Source of the DNA: Octopus bimaculoides
Lineage: Eukaryota
Direction of reading: 5' to 3'
NCBI RefSeq assembly: GCF_001194135.2
Contig: NC_068990.1
Coordinates: forward strand, 33,342,034 to 33,406,033
Length of the DNA stretch: 64,000 bases
Shown: positions 10,540 through 22,931 of the stretch, piece by piece
Numbering within the stretch: the stretch's first letter is position 1
How the letters are laid out: each line of letters opens with the position of its first letter
Translations under genes and position numbers: made by a program
Notes under the pieces: model-generated
What the model saw: the letters and a program-made list of their open reading frames with translations, nothing else
Database searches by the model: none
What the model was told of the DNA's origin: nothing

Positions 10540-12230
10540 TTTCAGTGAATATGACAATATCGGGGCATAGATATTCTACTTAGCTATGTGTGTTAATTTT
10601 CATATCTCATTAATACCTTTCAAAGATGTGCTGTACCATTTTTTGACATTCCAAAACATTCTTTACAGAAATGCTAACATAAAATTGTAAACACTTTGGA
10701 AGTGTCTTTAGTTCTTGTAAACACTCTGATTTCAATATTCTACATTTAGAGATTACATTACCAACTGTCTTCTCTTTCACCAGACACTCTACATTCAGCA
10801 AAGATGTCTTATATATGAATCCTTTTCTGATTGCTTGATCCTGCAAAGTTGTAATAAAACCCTCTGTCTCCTTTTTCTAAATGTCCTTCTTTAATCACTA
10901 AAATGACTTCTGATCTTGACCCCCCTCAGTACTTGAAAAAAAAAAAAACACTTCCCCCCACCTCCCCGAAAACTTTTCTGTTCCTATCTTTGCTTCCTAG
11001 CTTCAAGAATTTCATTTCTTTTTCTTCCTCAGTTGATAGCTACTATCTCCTTATTTCTATCAAAAGTGCATCATCACTCCCATTAACATACTTCCTTAAA
11101 CTCTATTCCTCTATTTCCACACGATCTTCTAGACTTATCTAACCTCTTCCTTCAGTCTTTCTGTTGAAATACAATCTTGTCAACATCTACCTGCAGGTGT
11201 GAGGTACAGTAGATTTTCAGCAATTTCCTCATTTTGTTTTTCTTATCAACATTCTCAAGGTCTTCCTTTATCCATTTGTCTATTCTGACATTTAATCTCA
11301 GTTGTCGAAGCTTATCCTTCAGTTATTCTGTTGCAACAGTCATTTCCTTATATTTTTTTTCTAGTGTTTTAATCACTCTTTCTTTTCATAGTACATCCTC
11401 TTTAGATAGATAGCTGTAGCTGACTCACTTCCCAACTCAAACTCTTGATGCTATCTTCTATCCATCCTTTCCAACAAGTATTTGTCTATTCTTGAGTTAC
11501 CTGTTGTGTATGAGGGGATGCTGAAAAGTTCCTGGCTTTAAGGGTACTGTGAAAGGCTTGGCTGGGTGCCCAACATTCTGAGTTCTTTTACAGGGTTTAG
11601 AAAAACTGAAGGACCACTGCAGTAATTGTGTGAATCTGAGAGAATATGTTGAATAAAATCATAATTAACTGATCCTCCTGTATTTTCTTTTATCCAAAGC
11701 TAGGAACTTTTCAGCACTCCCTCATAACCAAATCCTTTTCTACTGTCGCTGCTATATCCTTATATAGGTTATTCGCTGCTATGAGAGGAGAAGCACCTGT
11801 CCTATAACATTGCCAATTCATTTCATTTATTGCTTTACTGTCATTCTATTATATCCTCTAAGGTGGGAAGGCTTTTCATTGCTGTTTAATTCAAGTTGGT
11901 CTAATGTCTTGTCCAACAATTCCATCTCCTTGTTCCTCTGCCACTTTCTAAATTTTATTTCTTCTTCACCCATTTAATCTAATCTTCAATGTGATACTTT
12001 AACAATTTCTTTGTCTCTGTATATCCTTAACTTACACTCACTTCTTCTGCACTGTTGTTCTCTCAATGGGGCTTCTCTTACTTGTTTAATTTTTTTTCTG
12101 CATTCCAGGTTTGATAGACAGTCATCCTGCTTTAAAGAATGAGCCTGCCCGCCTGTTTCTGTTCTGTCACTGAAAACACACCCAACTCATTCCAGATTGT
12201 TAACATTATTTGCCAACACCCTCTCTATTT
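10540..12230 (-). mobile_element. Decayed R4/Dong-type non-LTR retrotransposon fragments
   Basis: Minus-strand peptides: FSVTEQKQAGRLIL (N-terminal TEQ motif region), RG*ISLEDRVEIEE*SLRKYVNGSDDALL, QDQAIR...C...EKTVGNVISKC (decayed zinc-knuckle region) and PDIVIF (RLE). Interrupted by a mariner MITE. Confidence 0.7.
11509..11726 (+). mobile_element. mariner-derived MITE, copy 2, with TA target-site duplication
   Basis: TA-tgaggggatgctgaaaagttcctggcttt ... aaagctaggaacttttcagcactccctca-TA; interior carries a transposase C-terminus remnant. Confidence 0.85.
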
Positions 12231-12315
12231 GTTTCACTTGCAAAATAGCATTTCATTGTGAAATTAACATATTTTCTTTTACATAAAATAAGGTTGTTGT
12301 TGTCATTATTAAGCA

Positions 12316-12482
12316 TCCATTACACTCTCAGAGTGGTTGACATTAGGAAGGGCATCCAGCTGTAGAAAACCATGCCAAATCAGACTGGAGTCTGGTGCTG
12401 CCTTCCAGCTTACCAGCCCTGGTCAAACCGTCCAACCCATGCCAGCATGGACAACGGACGTTAAATGAGGATGATGATGATT
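12316..12482 (+). mobile_element. SINE/RTE-tail repeat (family D) ending in (GAT)n
   Basis: aggaagggcatccagctgtagaaa ... ccaacccatgccagcatgg ... cgttaaatgaggatgatgat; about six homologous copies in the window. Confidence 0.8.
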
Positions 12483-12634
12483 ATTGAAGACATCACAGAG
12501 TAACCAATATTGTGATGTTGTTGACTGAAGATATTGTATGCACCAGGGATTTGTGCTGTCTGTCAAATCACAACAAGGACTTCAGACAGACAGCACTTTA
12601 CACATGTTGTTGTTGTTGTTATTATTATTATTGC

Positions 12635-13035
12635 ACCATCCACAGATGGCGCAAAGTCCCCTCTCAACGTAAGGTAATGTGGTGGTGGAACAATGTAGTT
12701 GACAGAGCCATTAGGGAAAAGAAACAGGCATAGAAGGACTGGAAGAATGGAGATAGCAGGGAACTGTATCAGATTGCCAGAAGGGAAGCTAGGAGACAGG
12801 TTTACTTAGCCAGAGGGGAAGCAGATAAGAAAAAACTTGCCAATGTTCTGCATCATGAGTACCAAAGACTTCAAATGTTTCGTGTTGCAAGGCAGTGTGT
12901 GAGAGAGAACCATGGTGTCATAGGAAAGAAATGTGTCCACATGGATGATGGCTCACTTGCATCTAATGAGCCTGCCAAGAGAGAGACTTGGAGATGCCAC
13001 TATGAAAGGTTGCTCAATGAAGAGAATGAATGGGA
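12635..13035 (+). mobile_element. RTE-clade LINE ORF fragment (linker between endonuclease and RT)
   Basis: RKVMWWWNNVVDRAIREKKQA*KDWKNG...RVARQCVRENHGVIGKKCV...KRETWRCHYERLLNEENEW, with the WWWN and W..HYE.LLN motifs typical of RTE. Confidence 0.8.
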
Positions 13036-15580
13036 GTTCCTACAAACGACTGCCTCCATCAAGTAACTCAGCTGACACTCAACCACATTTGAGGGAGGAG
13101 AAATGGAGAAACTGTGATACCTATCCCCATTTTTATGAGTATTAGTGCCATACATAAAGTAAATTGACAGCTTAAATGTTATGGATTGAATTTATCTGAG
13201 AGTTACTCTCATTGAAGCGTTCAAACCATTATAAATTTCTTCATATGGATTTTGAGTGCTTCCACACCTTTATTCTTGAAAGGTTTCTCTATAGAATGTA
13301 ATCTTGCATTATTATAATGGACACTGTGGATTGGAATTCTTGGGATCTAAGAGAATTTTATTCAAGTCATTAGACTGCATCAATTACCATTCTTAGCATT
13401 GTCTAAACCATCTTTTCTTTCCAGCAATAACATTCCCAGCAGCTTGTTCCTATGTTTATTAATATCAACATGATGTCAAGGACTAGACCTTTGAATCTGT
13501 TAATGCTGTTTTCCTCCTGGCAGTAATATTTACACATTTCATCCCATGTTCATCTCTTAACTGTAGTTAGAGAGCCTTGCTGGTTTGAAAAATAGATTTA
13601 TTTATCTCCCAAAAAATATTGAGCGACAATTGAGAGGTGTTGACTTCCTCCATTACACTATTTTACTAATTCCTTTCACAAAACTGAAACATTAACATGG
13701 ATCACAAAAAAGGACTTTAGAACCAGTATTCCAACAGCATTTACAGTATTTGCTCAGCTAAGCCTTCTCAAGTTATTTATGATAAATCTGGAAATAACTC
13801 CATGTGTTTATCAAAAGAAGAAATGTAAATTGAAAGACGAAAATGTCAATTATCATTTTCCGAACTAGGATAATTATTAGCGAGAGCAATTTGTTTTTGA
13901 AGTTTCTGGGGCTTAATAAATAGAGGTGAGAAAAATTTGTTGTGAAATTTAACTTGATGGCTTTGTGGTATAGTCCCTCAAAGTTAAAACCTTATCCTGT
14001 ACATCCTATTTATGATTCATAACTAAAAATAGGAATATTTAAAAAGTTTACCATCTTTATTTGGAAGTATTGTAGCCAGTAGCAATATTTGTTAAATCAA
14101 TAAAGTCACCAACACAATCTGAGCTGCACAAGCCTCTTTAACAACGTCAGTATAAGCTATCTTGGATACTGGACAAAATGGCTGATTTCACTCACACTCA
14201 CACACATACACACACTTTGTGGGTGTGTATTGCTGCTACTAGATACCAAAATATTCCAGATACTGCTAACATACTGTTTGTAAAAGACAGGCCTGGGAAT
14301 TAAGTAGCTATATATATATGGCTGAGGGGAAATAAGAGTAAAGTTACTTGCCTGAGGAGACAATGTCTCTTTGGGCAAGTAAGATATGAACTTATGAATT
14401 GTGTATCATATTGGTCTGGCTACACACTATGCATACCATTTAGGCATAATGTCTCTCACCACAAACACACACACACACAATCTCTGTGTGTGTATGTGGA
14501 TAATGACAGATATGTTAAAAATGTCATTTGCTTACACTCTCATTACTACCTTTTGGTTTTTAATCTGTGATTCCAGCGACACAACCTTCCAGTAGCTGTC
14601 AACTTCTATTTACTCCATTAGCATCAACTGACTCAACATTGGAACTGATCAATGTTATGAGAGCAGCAATGTGTATTGAGGCTACCATCCACACATGGTA
14701 CATTACTAACTTTGACACAGTCAACCCAACATACAGTTACAGCTTGTATAAATACCAGTAAAATTGTATGTTGTAACACACTATTTTACTGGTATTTTAC
14801 ACAAGACATAACTGCCTCAGTTTCCACAAGAGTCTCATTATAATAAATACTCCAAGTATACAGTTCTCTGTGTTATATTTTAAAAGTACTCCTAGTTCTA
14901 GTTTGTCACTTTGTAACAAATGCACTAAATACATAGAACTCTTAGTCTAATGCCTTGTATTGAACTCTGAGTATCTAGTAATCAGAGTAACAGTACTGAT
15001 AATTTGTTACATTATTTCTGGACAATGGTGTGTGTAATGATCCAATTAAGACTGTGAGGGAAGATTATACATATATAACCAACGTATATCCAATATAAGT
15101 AATGAGCAATTCTAAGTGCTCATTACAACTTGATATGGTAGGCTTTAGCATGGATTTAACTAAGTGCTTGAATAGTAACTACCTGGATATTGCATCCCTA
15201 TCTATCACTCTATATATATATACATATTATATATGTATGTATGTGTATGTGTATGTATGTATGTATGCATGTATGTGTGTATATATAGAGAGCGGGGAAA
15301 GGAGGAAGACTAGGTGAATATATCTGTGACTGTAAGGGGAGAGTGAGAGTGGGGAGTATGTGTATGGTGTATGTGTGTGTATGTTGCATGGTGTGTGTGT
15401 GTGTGTGTGTGTGTGTGCATGCATGAGTGTGTGTGTGTGCATGCATGAGTGTGTGTAGGACTGCATAAAAATATGGAGAAGAAACTGAAGGGAAAAAATT
15501 GCATGTGCACAGGAGAACGTGTCAGTTCAGCATGCAAGTTTTAAATTTTTTGTGACAGTTTCTAGATAGATTTGAATGTG

Positions 15581-15621
<41 letters not shown>

Positions 15622-15724
15622 ATGAGTGTGTCCATGTGTGTGTTTGTGTGGTTGTATGTGTATGTGTGCGTATTATGCACTAATGTGTATATCTGCATAA
15701 TATGACTAGAATGTTTAACAGAAG

Positions 15725-15764
<40 letters not shown>

Positions 15765-18076
15765 ATATGTGTGTATGTGTGCATGCGTTGTCATGTAGAG
15801 GAACATGGATAAAATAAAGTCCAAGACATTTACCATTTTCTCAATTCTTGGAATCATTGCATGACAAATTGATAAACATCAGAAATGTCCATTAAATAAT
15901 TTCTAGATTAAGAGAATATGGATGATTGACTAATGGGCTTTGTCTAGTCACCAGAATTGTGTGGTGTCCAAGGTAACAATCCAATCTACCTAGCTGTAAG
16001 TAGGTACCACATTGTGGTTATATTTCACTGTACTTTGTCTATGAATAAAATACTTAACTGCCAACAGTCGAATGTACTCAGATATATGTAAGTACCAGAG
16101 TGTGGTGTATTATGTCTATAACCATGAAACGTAACAGACTAGTCAACCTAGCTGTAAGTAGGTACTTAAATGTAGTGTAGTTTACTCTTTTTTCTAGCAT
16201 GCTGGATGACCTGTGACGGTATTGGTGTTAGTGGCAATGGTTGTGACGTTGGTGAGTGGTGGAAATTAGGATATTGTTGTCAGTGACATTCCATCCATAG
16301 TCATTACATTTATTATTCAGTCATACTATATGTACAACTGCGTGGTTTTCCTGATTTTAAGAGAGTAGGTTGTTATGATATGAGGAAATTTTGAATTCTT
16401 ATTATATCAAGCCAAGCGAGTAACTACATAGAGATTCTTATAAGTGGTGGTGGCAGTGTGCATGGTGATGGTAGTATAGAGGGGATAATTACAATGTTTT
16501 ACAGCGGTAATTATATTTCATTGTATTTATTCATTTAACATATTTTGAAATTTTATTAACTAACATTTATTTATTTTTATTTTTAAATATTTCTAGAAAT
16601 GAGATATAAAGCTCCAACATGGGTTTATTGTCTGTCGAAAGAAGGTGTCTCCATATATGACAATACTACAAATTTCATTGGACAACACATTTTAAAGACA
16701 TCCTGTAATTCTATTAAGAATTCCAAATATAATGTTTAATTCTTTACATAAAAATCAATTATTTAAATTAACATTTGTATATTTCTTATTTTTATTCTCC
16801 CCAAATTTTAATTCAAACCATATCAGACATACAAATGTCATTTCCTAAGCTTAGATTCTTTATTGAAATCTATATTTCAATAAATATTTTTCCCGTTTTA
16901 TTTTCAATTGTTTTCCATTCCCCACTGAGAGTTAAAATATAATCTGCAACTATAACAATTTTGGGAATAAATCAACTCTTTAAAAACTGAAATATTTCCT
17001 TATTCTTCTGTTTTTGTTATTTTTTTTTTTTTTTTTTTTTTTTTTTTGTCTTTTGGCAAGTCTTGTTTCGATAACCTCTGTTTCTACTTCCCTAACATTG
17101 TTTACAGCTCAACTCATAAAACTACGGCTTTTAAACATTTCATTTCAGAGGTTTTTTTTTTTTTTTAATCCCCCACTGGTGATTATGGGAGATTGTTAGT
17201 AATGGTTGATGAGTGGCTGTCCACTTGTGGTTCGTTATTCCTATCAAAGAATATATCTGCTGTCAATACATTGAAAATATGGCTAACTTAAAAACTATGG
17301 AACTGCCAACAATACATTCCTCACTTCTCTCTCTCCCCACCACACACACAGAGACACAGACATGGTTTCCCACCCCTAGACTACATCACTTCCACCATGA
17401 ACAAGACAACGAACTTTAAATGGAAGTATGATTGACAGTTGATTGCAGGTGGAGAGAAGGAAGTGAAGGTATAGTTTATGTATTTCTATTTGTATTTGTA
17501 TATTCATATTTATTTGTCCATTGCTGTAGCAATGTATTGGCCAGTTAAATGCTTAGATGAAGACAATGTTTTAATATAGAATGTGCAGTTGAATGAATGA
17601 ATGTTCTCTGCTAAACTTGAACAACTGAACTGTGAACTCAGAATGGTTCACTAGTTTGAGCAAGGTTGACTGGGTTAAGTTGAGTAAAATCTCTTCTCAA
17701 AGACTTCAATCAAAAGCTACCAGCAAGTTTTCACTTTCAGAGTTTTGTGGGAGACCAGACATTTTGTATTTCCATCTGCTTGCACTGAATAATAATTAGT
17801 AAAGCTACTCAACTGTAATAGCTAGAACAGAAAGGTATGTTTTACTTCAAGCTGCTGTATTACGACCTTAAAACATTTTGACTCTACTTCAGATACATAC
17901 GCAACAAGAAACAAATTCTATATTTTCTAACATCAACATGGTCATATTCTTGGCATAAACAGAGTGTCTATATATGAATGAATTAACTTTCAAAGTAACC
18001 AAGAATTTAAATGATTATAATTAGTAAAACATTAACCTTTTATGTACTGGAATATGTCAAGATGTTATCTGGAACA

Positions 18077-18478
18077 CATCTTTTATCTTTTACTTGCTTC
18101 AATCATGAGACTACCACCATGCTGGGGCACCATCTTGAAGAATTTGTAGCCAAATGTATCGACCTAAGTACTCATTTTTTTATGGGCCTGGTACTTATTC
18201 TATCAGTCACTTTTGCTGAACCACTAAGTTATGGGGATATAAACACACCAGTGCCGGTTGTCAAACACTGGTGGGAGGACAAACACAGACACAAAGACAC
18301 ACACACACACACACAATGGGCTTCTTTCAGTTTCCCTCTACCAAATCCACTCACAAAGCTTTGGTCGGCCTGAGGCTATAGTAGAAGACACTTGCCCAAG
18401 GTGCCACGCAGTGAGACTGAACCCAGAACCATGTGGTTGGTAAGCAAGCTACTTACAACACAGCCACTCCTGCACCTA
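18077..18478 (-). mobile_element. tRNA-derived SINE (family A), near full length
   Basis: Minus strand: gcaggagtggctgtgttgtaagtagcttgc ... gttctgggttcagtc ... ggcaccttgggcaagtgtcttctactatagcc ... (GT)n ... A-rich tail gtaaaagataaaaga. Confidence 0.85.
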
Positions 18479-19177
18479 TTGAGTCACCCCCATGAATAAA
18501 TATGTCGTTATTTTTTTAATTACTTTAAAACAACAACAATCTAAAATTAACATTTACCTCTGCTCCTTTTACAAAGTAAAGCACCAACATCCATTTTTCA
18601 AAGTGTCCAAAGTGTCCAACATCCATTTTCCAAGGTGTCTCACAGCAGAACTGAACCCAGGACCATGTGATTTGAAAGTAAGCTTCTTACCACACAGCCA
18701 CGCCTGTACCATGAGTTAAGGAAAGACACTTTCTTAAAATTCTGATCAAGACGAAAGATGTGCCCCTATCTTTCACAGACTCTCTTATTTCAATGAGATT
18801 GATGCCATTAATGTTCCTCTTAAACCATTATAAGTCAAGACCAGCAGGAAAAAATATAAGGGAATTCCATACATTCTAGAATTGAAGGATTGGACTTTGT
18901 AGTTAGTGCAGGGGCCTGAACAGATGAACACTGTGAAAGTGATGGGAGAGGGAGAGAAGGGGTGGTGTCTGAAGGGGTGGTGTCTGAAGGGGTGGTGGAT
19001 ACAATGAGCGTAACCAGCTCCAAGGAGCGCAGGCTATTATAATAACTGTAGAACAAGGCAGAGTGAGGTGATAGATGTCTGAAAACCAGAGACTGGAACA
19101 CATTTGAATTACTTTTAGTTTATCAGTCAGGTGGTTCTTTTTAGATGCACATATATGATTAATTTCTTTCATTTTCT

Positions 19178-19980
19178 GTCTACCAAATCCTCTTGCAAGG
19201 CTTTGGTCGGCTTGGGGCTATAGTAGAAGACACTTGGCCAAGGGGCCATATGAACCCAGAACCATGTGGGTGGGAAGCAAACTTCTTACCACACAGCCAC
19301 ACTTGTGCTACACCAGAAGTCTGAGTAAGTTTGAATGGCATGGCAAGAAAAGGGTTCTGATGTGTTTTTGGATTGACCCTTACCTTTCGAGAGGGAGAGA
19401 GGGGTGAGAGGAGAGAAAGAGGGAGAGGGTGGATAGACAAATAGATAGATAGAAAGAGATTTGTCAGACAGAAACTGAAAGAAGCTCGTTACATGAGTGT
19501 GCGTATTTGTGTTTGTCCCACCACCATCACTACCACCACCGCCACCAACACTCGACAAATGGTGTTGACTTACTCTTTTACTCTTTTACTTGCTTCAGTC
19601 ATTTGACGGCGGCCATGCTGGAGCATCGCCTTTAATCGAGCAAATCGACCCCAGGACTTATTCTTTGTAAGCGTAGCACTTATTCTATCAGTCTCTTTTT
19701 GCCGAACCGCTAGGTTACGGGGACATAAACACACCAGTATCGGTTGTCAAGCGATGGTGGGGGGACAAACACAGACACACAAACGCACATACATATATAT
19801 ATATATACACATATATACGACGGGCTTCTTTCAGTTTCCGTCTACCAAATCCACTCACAAGGCTTTGGTCGGCCCGAGGCTATAGTAGAAGACACTTGCC
19901 CAAGGTGCCATGCAGTGGGACTGAACTCAGAACCATGTGGTTGGCAAGCAAGCTACTTACCACACAGCCACTCCTGTGCC
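19178..19980. mobile_element. Cluster of family A SINE copies in both orientations
   Basis: Minus partial ~19178-19310, plus middle piece ~19440-19570, minus near-complete CpG-rich copy ~19570-19980. Confidence 0.85.
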
Positions 19981-20824
19981 TTGTTTATGCCCCTTAACTT
20001 CATGGTTCAACAAAGGAAACATTTTTCTGTTTCCAAAGTATATCTGAGATTCACACTGAAATCAGTGAGGGAAGAAGAGGTGAGTACTGCGTGAGCACAA
20101 ACCAAATTCCTTAACTACCAAAGTTGTTTTGGTGGTATTAGAATCCTTAATATCTGATTAAAATAAACTCAACAGCCATTACAATTAAAATCCATAAAGC
20201 AGCAATAAACCTAATTTACTGTGATGGGAGAAGGGTAGCCAGTGTGATAACCTGGCAAAGACAGCAACAATTATAATATAAAATAATGAAGCAAAATATA
20301 CAACACAAGGATAGAATACATTGCAAGTTAGAAAGTTGAGAATTGCTTTCTAATAACTAATATAACAAACTTTAACAAAACATTAGCTGGAACATAATAG
20401 AAAATATTACAGCAGAAAAACATAGCAGTAAACATTAAATACTTAATAACTGCTTAATTTGCTTCACCTTTAATCCCTCACCTTTGTTATCTTGGCTCTT
20501 TTATAACCAGCCATATGGTTACCATAAAATACAAATTATCATCAGACATATTCACATGAAACATGGTTCTTGTGTGATAGTGTTTCTACTGGTAATGATG
20601 ATGATAATGGTATTGTGGTATTGTTCATAAAAATTATGCTACTTCAGATATATATATATATATCTGAAGTAGCATAATTTTTATGAACAATATATGAGTG
20701 TGCATGTATATATATGTGTGTATACATACATATATGCATACATGCATACACATATGTACACCCATATATGTGTATATGTATATATATGTGTGTGTGTGTG
20801 TGTATGTTTATACATATATATATA

Positions 20825-20910
<86 letters not shown>

Positions 20911-21813
20911 TATAAAGATATAAATTGGAAACTTCTATTAGAGAACATCAGTAGTTGGCAAGGTGAAAATAATTATCTGGTCAATGTTTCAGATCTGGGT
21001 TTTCTGGAAATATAACCAAAATAAAGATCAGAGGAATTGGTAGGTCAAAGGTGAAGACATGGAAAATAAGTTGTATTGTTGGGCGTTCTGTTAGAACTGT
21101 TTATTCAGACAAAGCAGTCATATTCACCCACTGATCTTTATTCTATATGATGTTGCTACAGTTTCAGTGAAACTCTACAATAACAAACTAGAAACCTCAC
21201 TGTTCTTTGTTCAAATCCCAGTTGGATCATCATTAACTTTCATCTCCCAAGTAATAAAATTCAATTTTAGTCTTAAAGCTATTTGTCCCTTGTTACAACA
21301 TATGGTTCCTATGGATTATGGAGTCCATTCTAACAACATACATTTCTCTGGAGATATGAAGGCCATTCTAGCAACATACATTCCCCTGGAGATATCTATC
21401 TTTATGTTGATTTAATACTATCAACACAGACATTATTCACATAGCATCTCAGCAACTTTTCACCAGAACTGTGTTGTCATCATAAACATCTTTCAATGGC
21501 AATAGTAATACAGTGTTTATATACACAAATAATAAATACGCCACATCAACATAAACATCAATAATCGTAGTCATATTATATACACAAAGAATACACATCA
21601 CCCTATAAACATCATAAATACAATGTTTATATTAGATACGTAATATATACACCCCATCAACATAGACATAAGTATTTAATACACTAGTAAGATATACACT
21701 ACTTCATCATATGCATCATAATACAGAGATTTTATGATATTCACTCAAACAAAGTATGCACGATATCATCATAAGCATCAGTAATATAGTGGCTATTTGG
21801 TATGTACAAATAA

Positions 21814-22931
21814 CACTGAAAACCCTGGCTTTTGCAGTTTGGTGTTGAAGAGATGTTTCCTAGTAATTTTGGGGTGCTGCTTTCAAAAATGAAATCTATT
21901 TTGCTCTATCATGTCAAGATTTTTCATTAACTCAAATATCCATTTTCCAATATTTCCAGTATTGTAACCATTTTAAACAATAGATTTGGCTTCATCAAAT
22001 GCAAACCTATGTATGGAACTTGACATAACTTTGAAAGTGTAGGTTTTCAATATCATTTAAGGTAAATGCAACTACAAAGGTGACAGCAAACCATGATTTA
22101 AGTATCGTCAGTAAATAAAAGCATCAAACTCGACCAATTTTCACTATTTTCAATCTAACCAGTTTTAAATGCTGTGAAGATGACTGAAAGGTCGTTTATA
22201 CAATTAGATGTAAACTAGCAGTATAACCCGACGTTGTCCGGGTGTGACTTATTATGCCATCTGCGATAAGTCTTGCTAGGTGAAAATCAACTAAAAAAGA
22301 AAGCCTTACAACAAAAAAACCCTTATAACGTAAATATGTTCATAATTCAAAAGATGATGAAATTAATAGGGAAAGTCTGAAGGCTGTTTTGCGTAACATT
22401 ATTAAGCGTACATATGGTGACCTGGAAGAAAAGAACTAGGAGGGACAGGAGGCTCTGTCAAACTTTTTACACAGGCAATGTTAAATGATTCAGTTCATGA
22501 TCTAGATTTACCAAAGCAAGCTAGACAACTGCCTTGATCATGTTCAGAAGAAAGGAACTTGCTTGCACCAGGAACCAAGTTCACAAGCTATTCACACAAA
22601 GCTGCAAAGAGATATTTCACTACTTAAATAGCTGAAACTGCAGTTTGACAGAAATATCTATCCCAAGATGTGTAATTAAACATTTTGTGTAATACATCTG
22701 TTAAACAATAAAAAGCACAATTTGATTTGTGTCAGTTTCTTATTTTAATATTGCAATAAATGGCAAAATTGACATCTTTTAGTAAAAATGAATTCCTTTC
22801 CTAGAAAAAATCTTGATGTGATAGAAAATTTCTGAGGGCATTTCTGAACTCAACACCATCTAATTAGGTAGGATTAAATGTAAAAAGCAAAGCAAGACAA
22901 CTAAATACTTTTCTGAAAATGTTTTCCAGTG
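21814..22931 (+). mobile_element. Chapaev3-like (CMC superfamily) deleted DNA transposon
   Basis: Termini CACTG...CAGTG with TAA on both sides (21811-21813, 22932-22934) and long imperfect subterminal inverted repeats. Internal relic KLFTQAMLNDSVHDLDLPKQARQLP*SCSEERNLLAPGTKFTSY resembles the Chapaev3 ELNDLVRDL..K...ELL.SRL.E.NLL motif. Confidence 0.75.
22214..22243 (+). mobile_element. Possible Helitron 5' terminus nested in the Chapaev-like element
   Basis: actagcagtataacccgacgttgtccgggt resembles ACTAG..CCCG.CGTTG.CCGGG Helitron starts. No CTRR 3' end located. Confidence 0.35.

Noticed and set aside
15945-16185. CRISPR-like repeat-spacer appearance
   Set aside because: Eukaryotic context, only two exact repeats, a 138-bp spacer and no cas genes.
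17736-17835. Plus-strand exon-like segment ending AAG|GTatgt
   Set aside because: Stops in all frames; such signals occur by chance in AT-rich DNA.
18835-19172. ORFs containing TTPSDTTPSDTTPS
   Set aside because: Produced by a 15-bp tandem repeat (ggggtggtgtctgaa); no recognisable domain.
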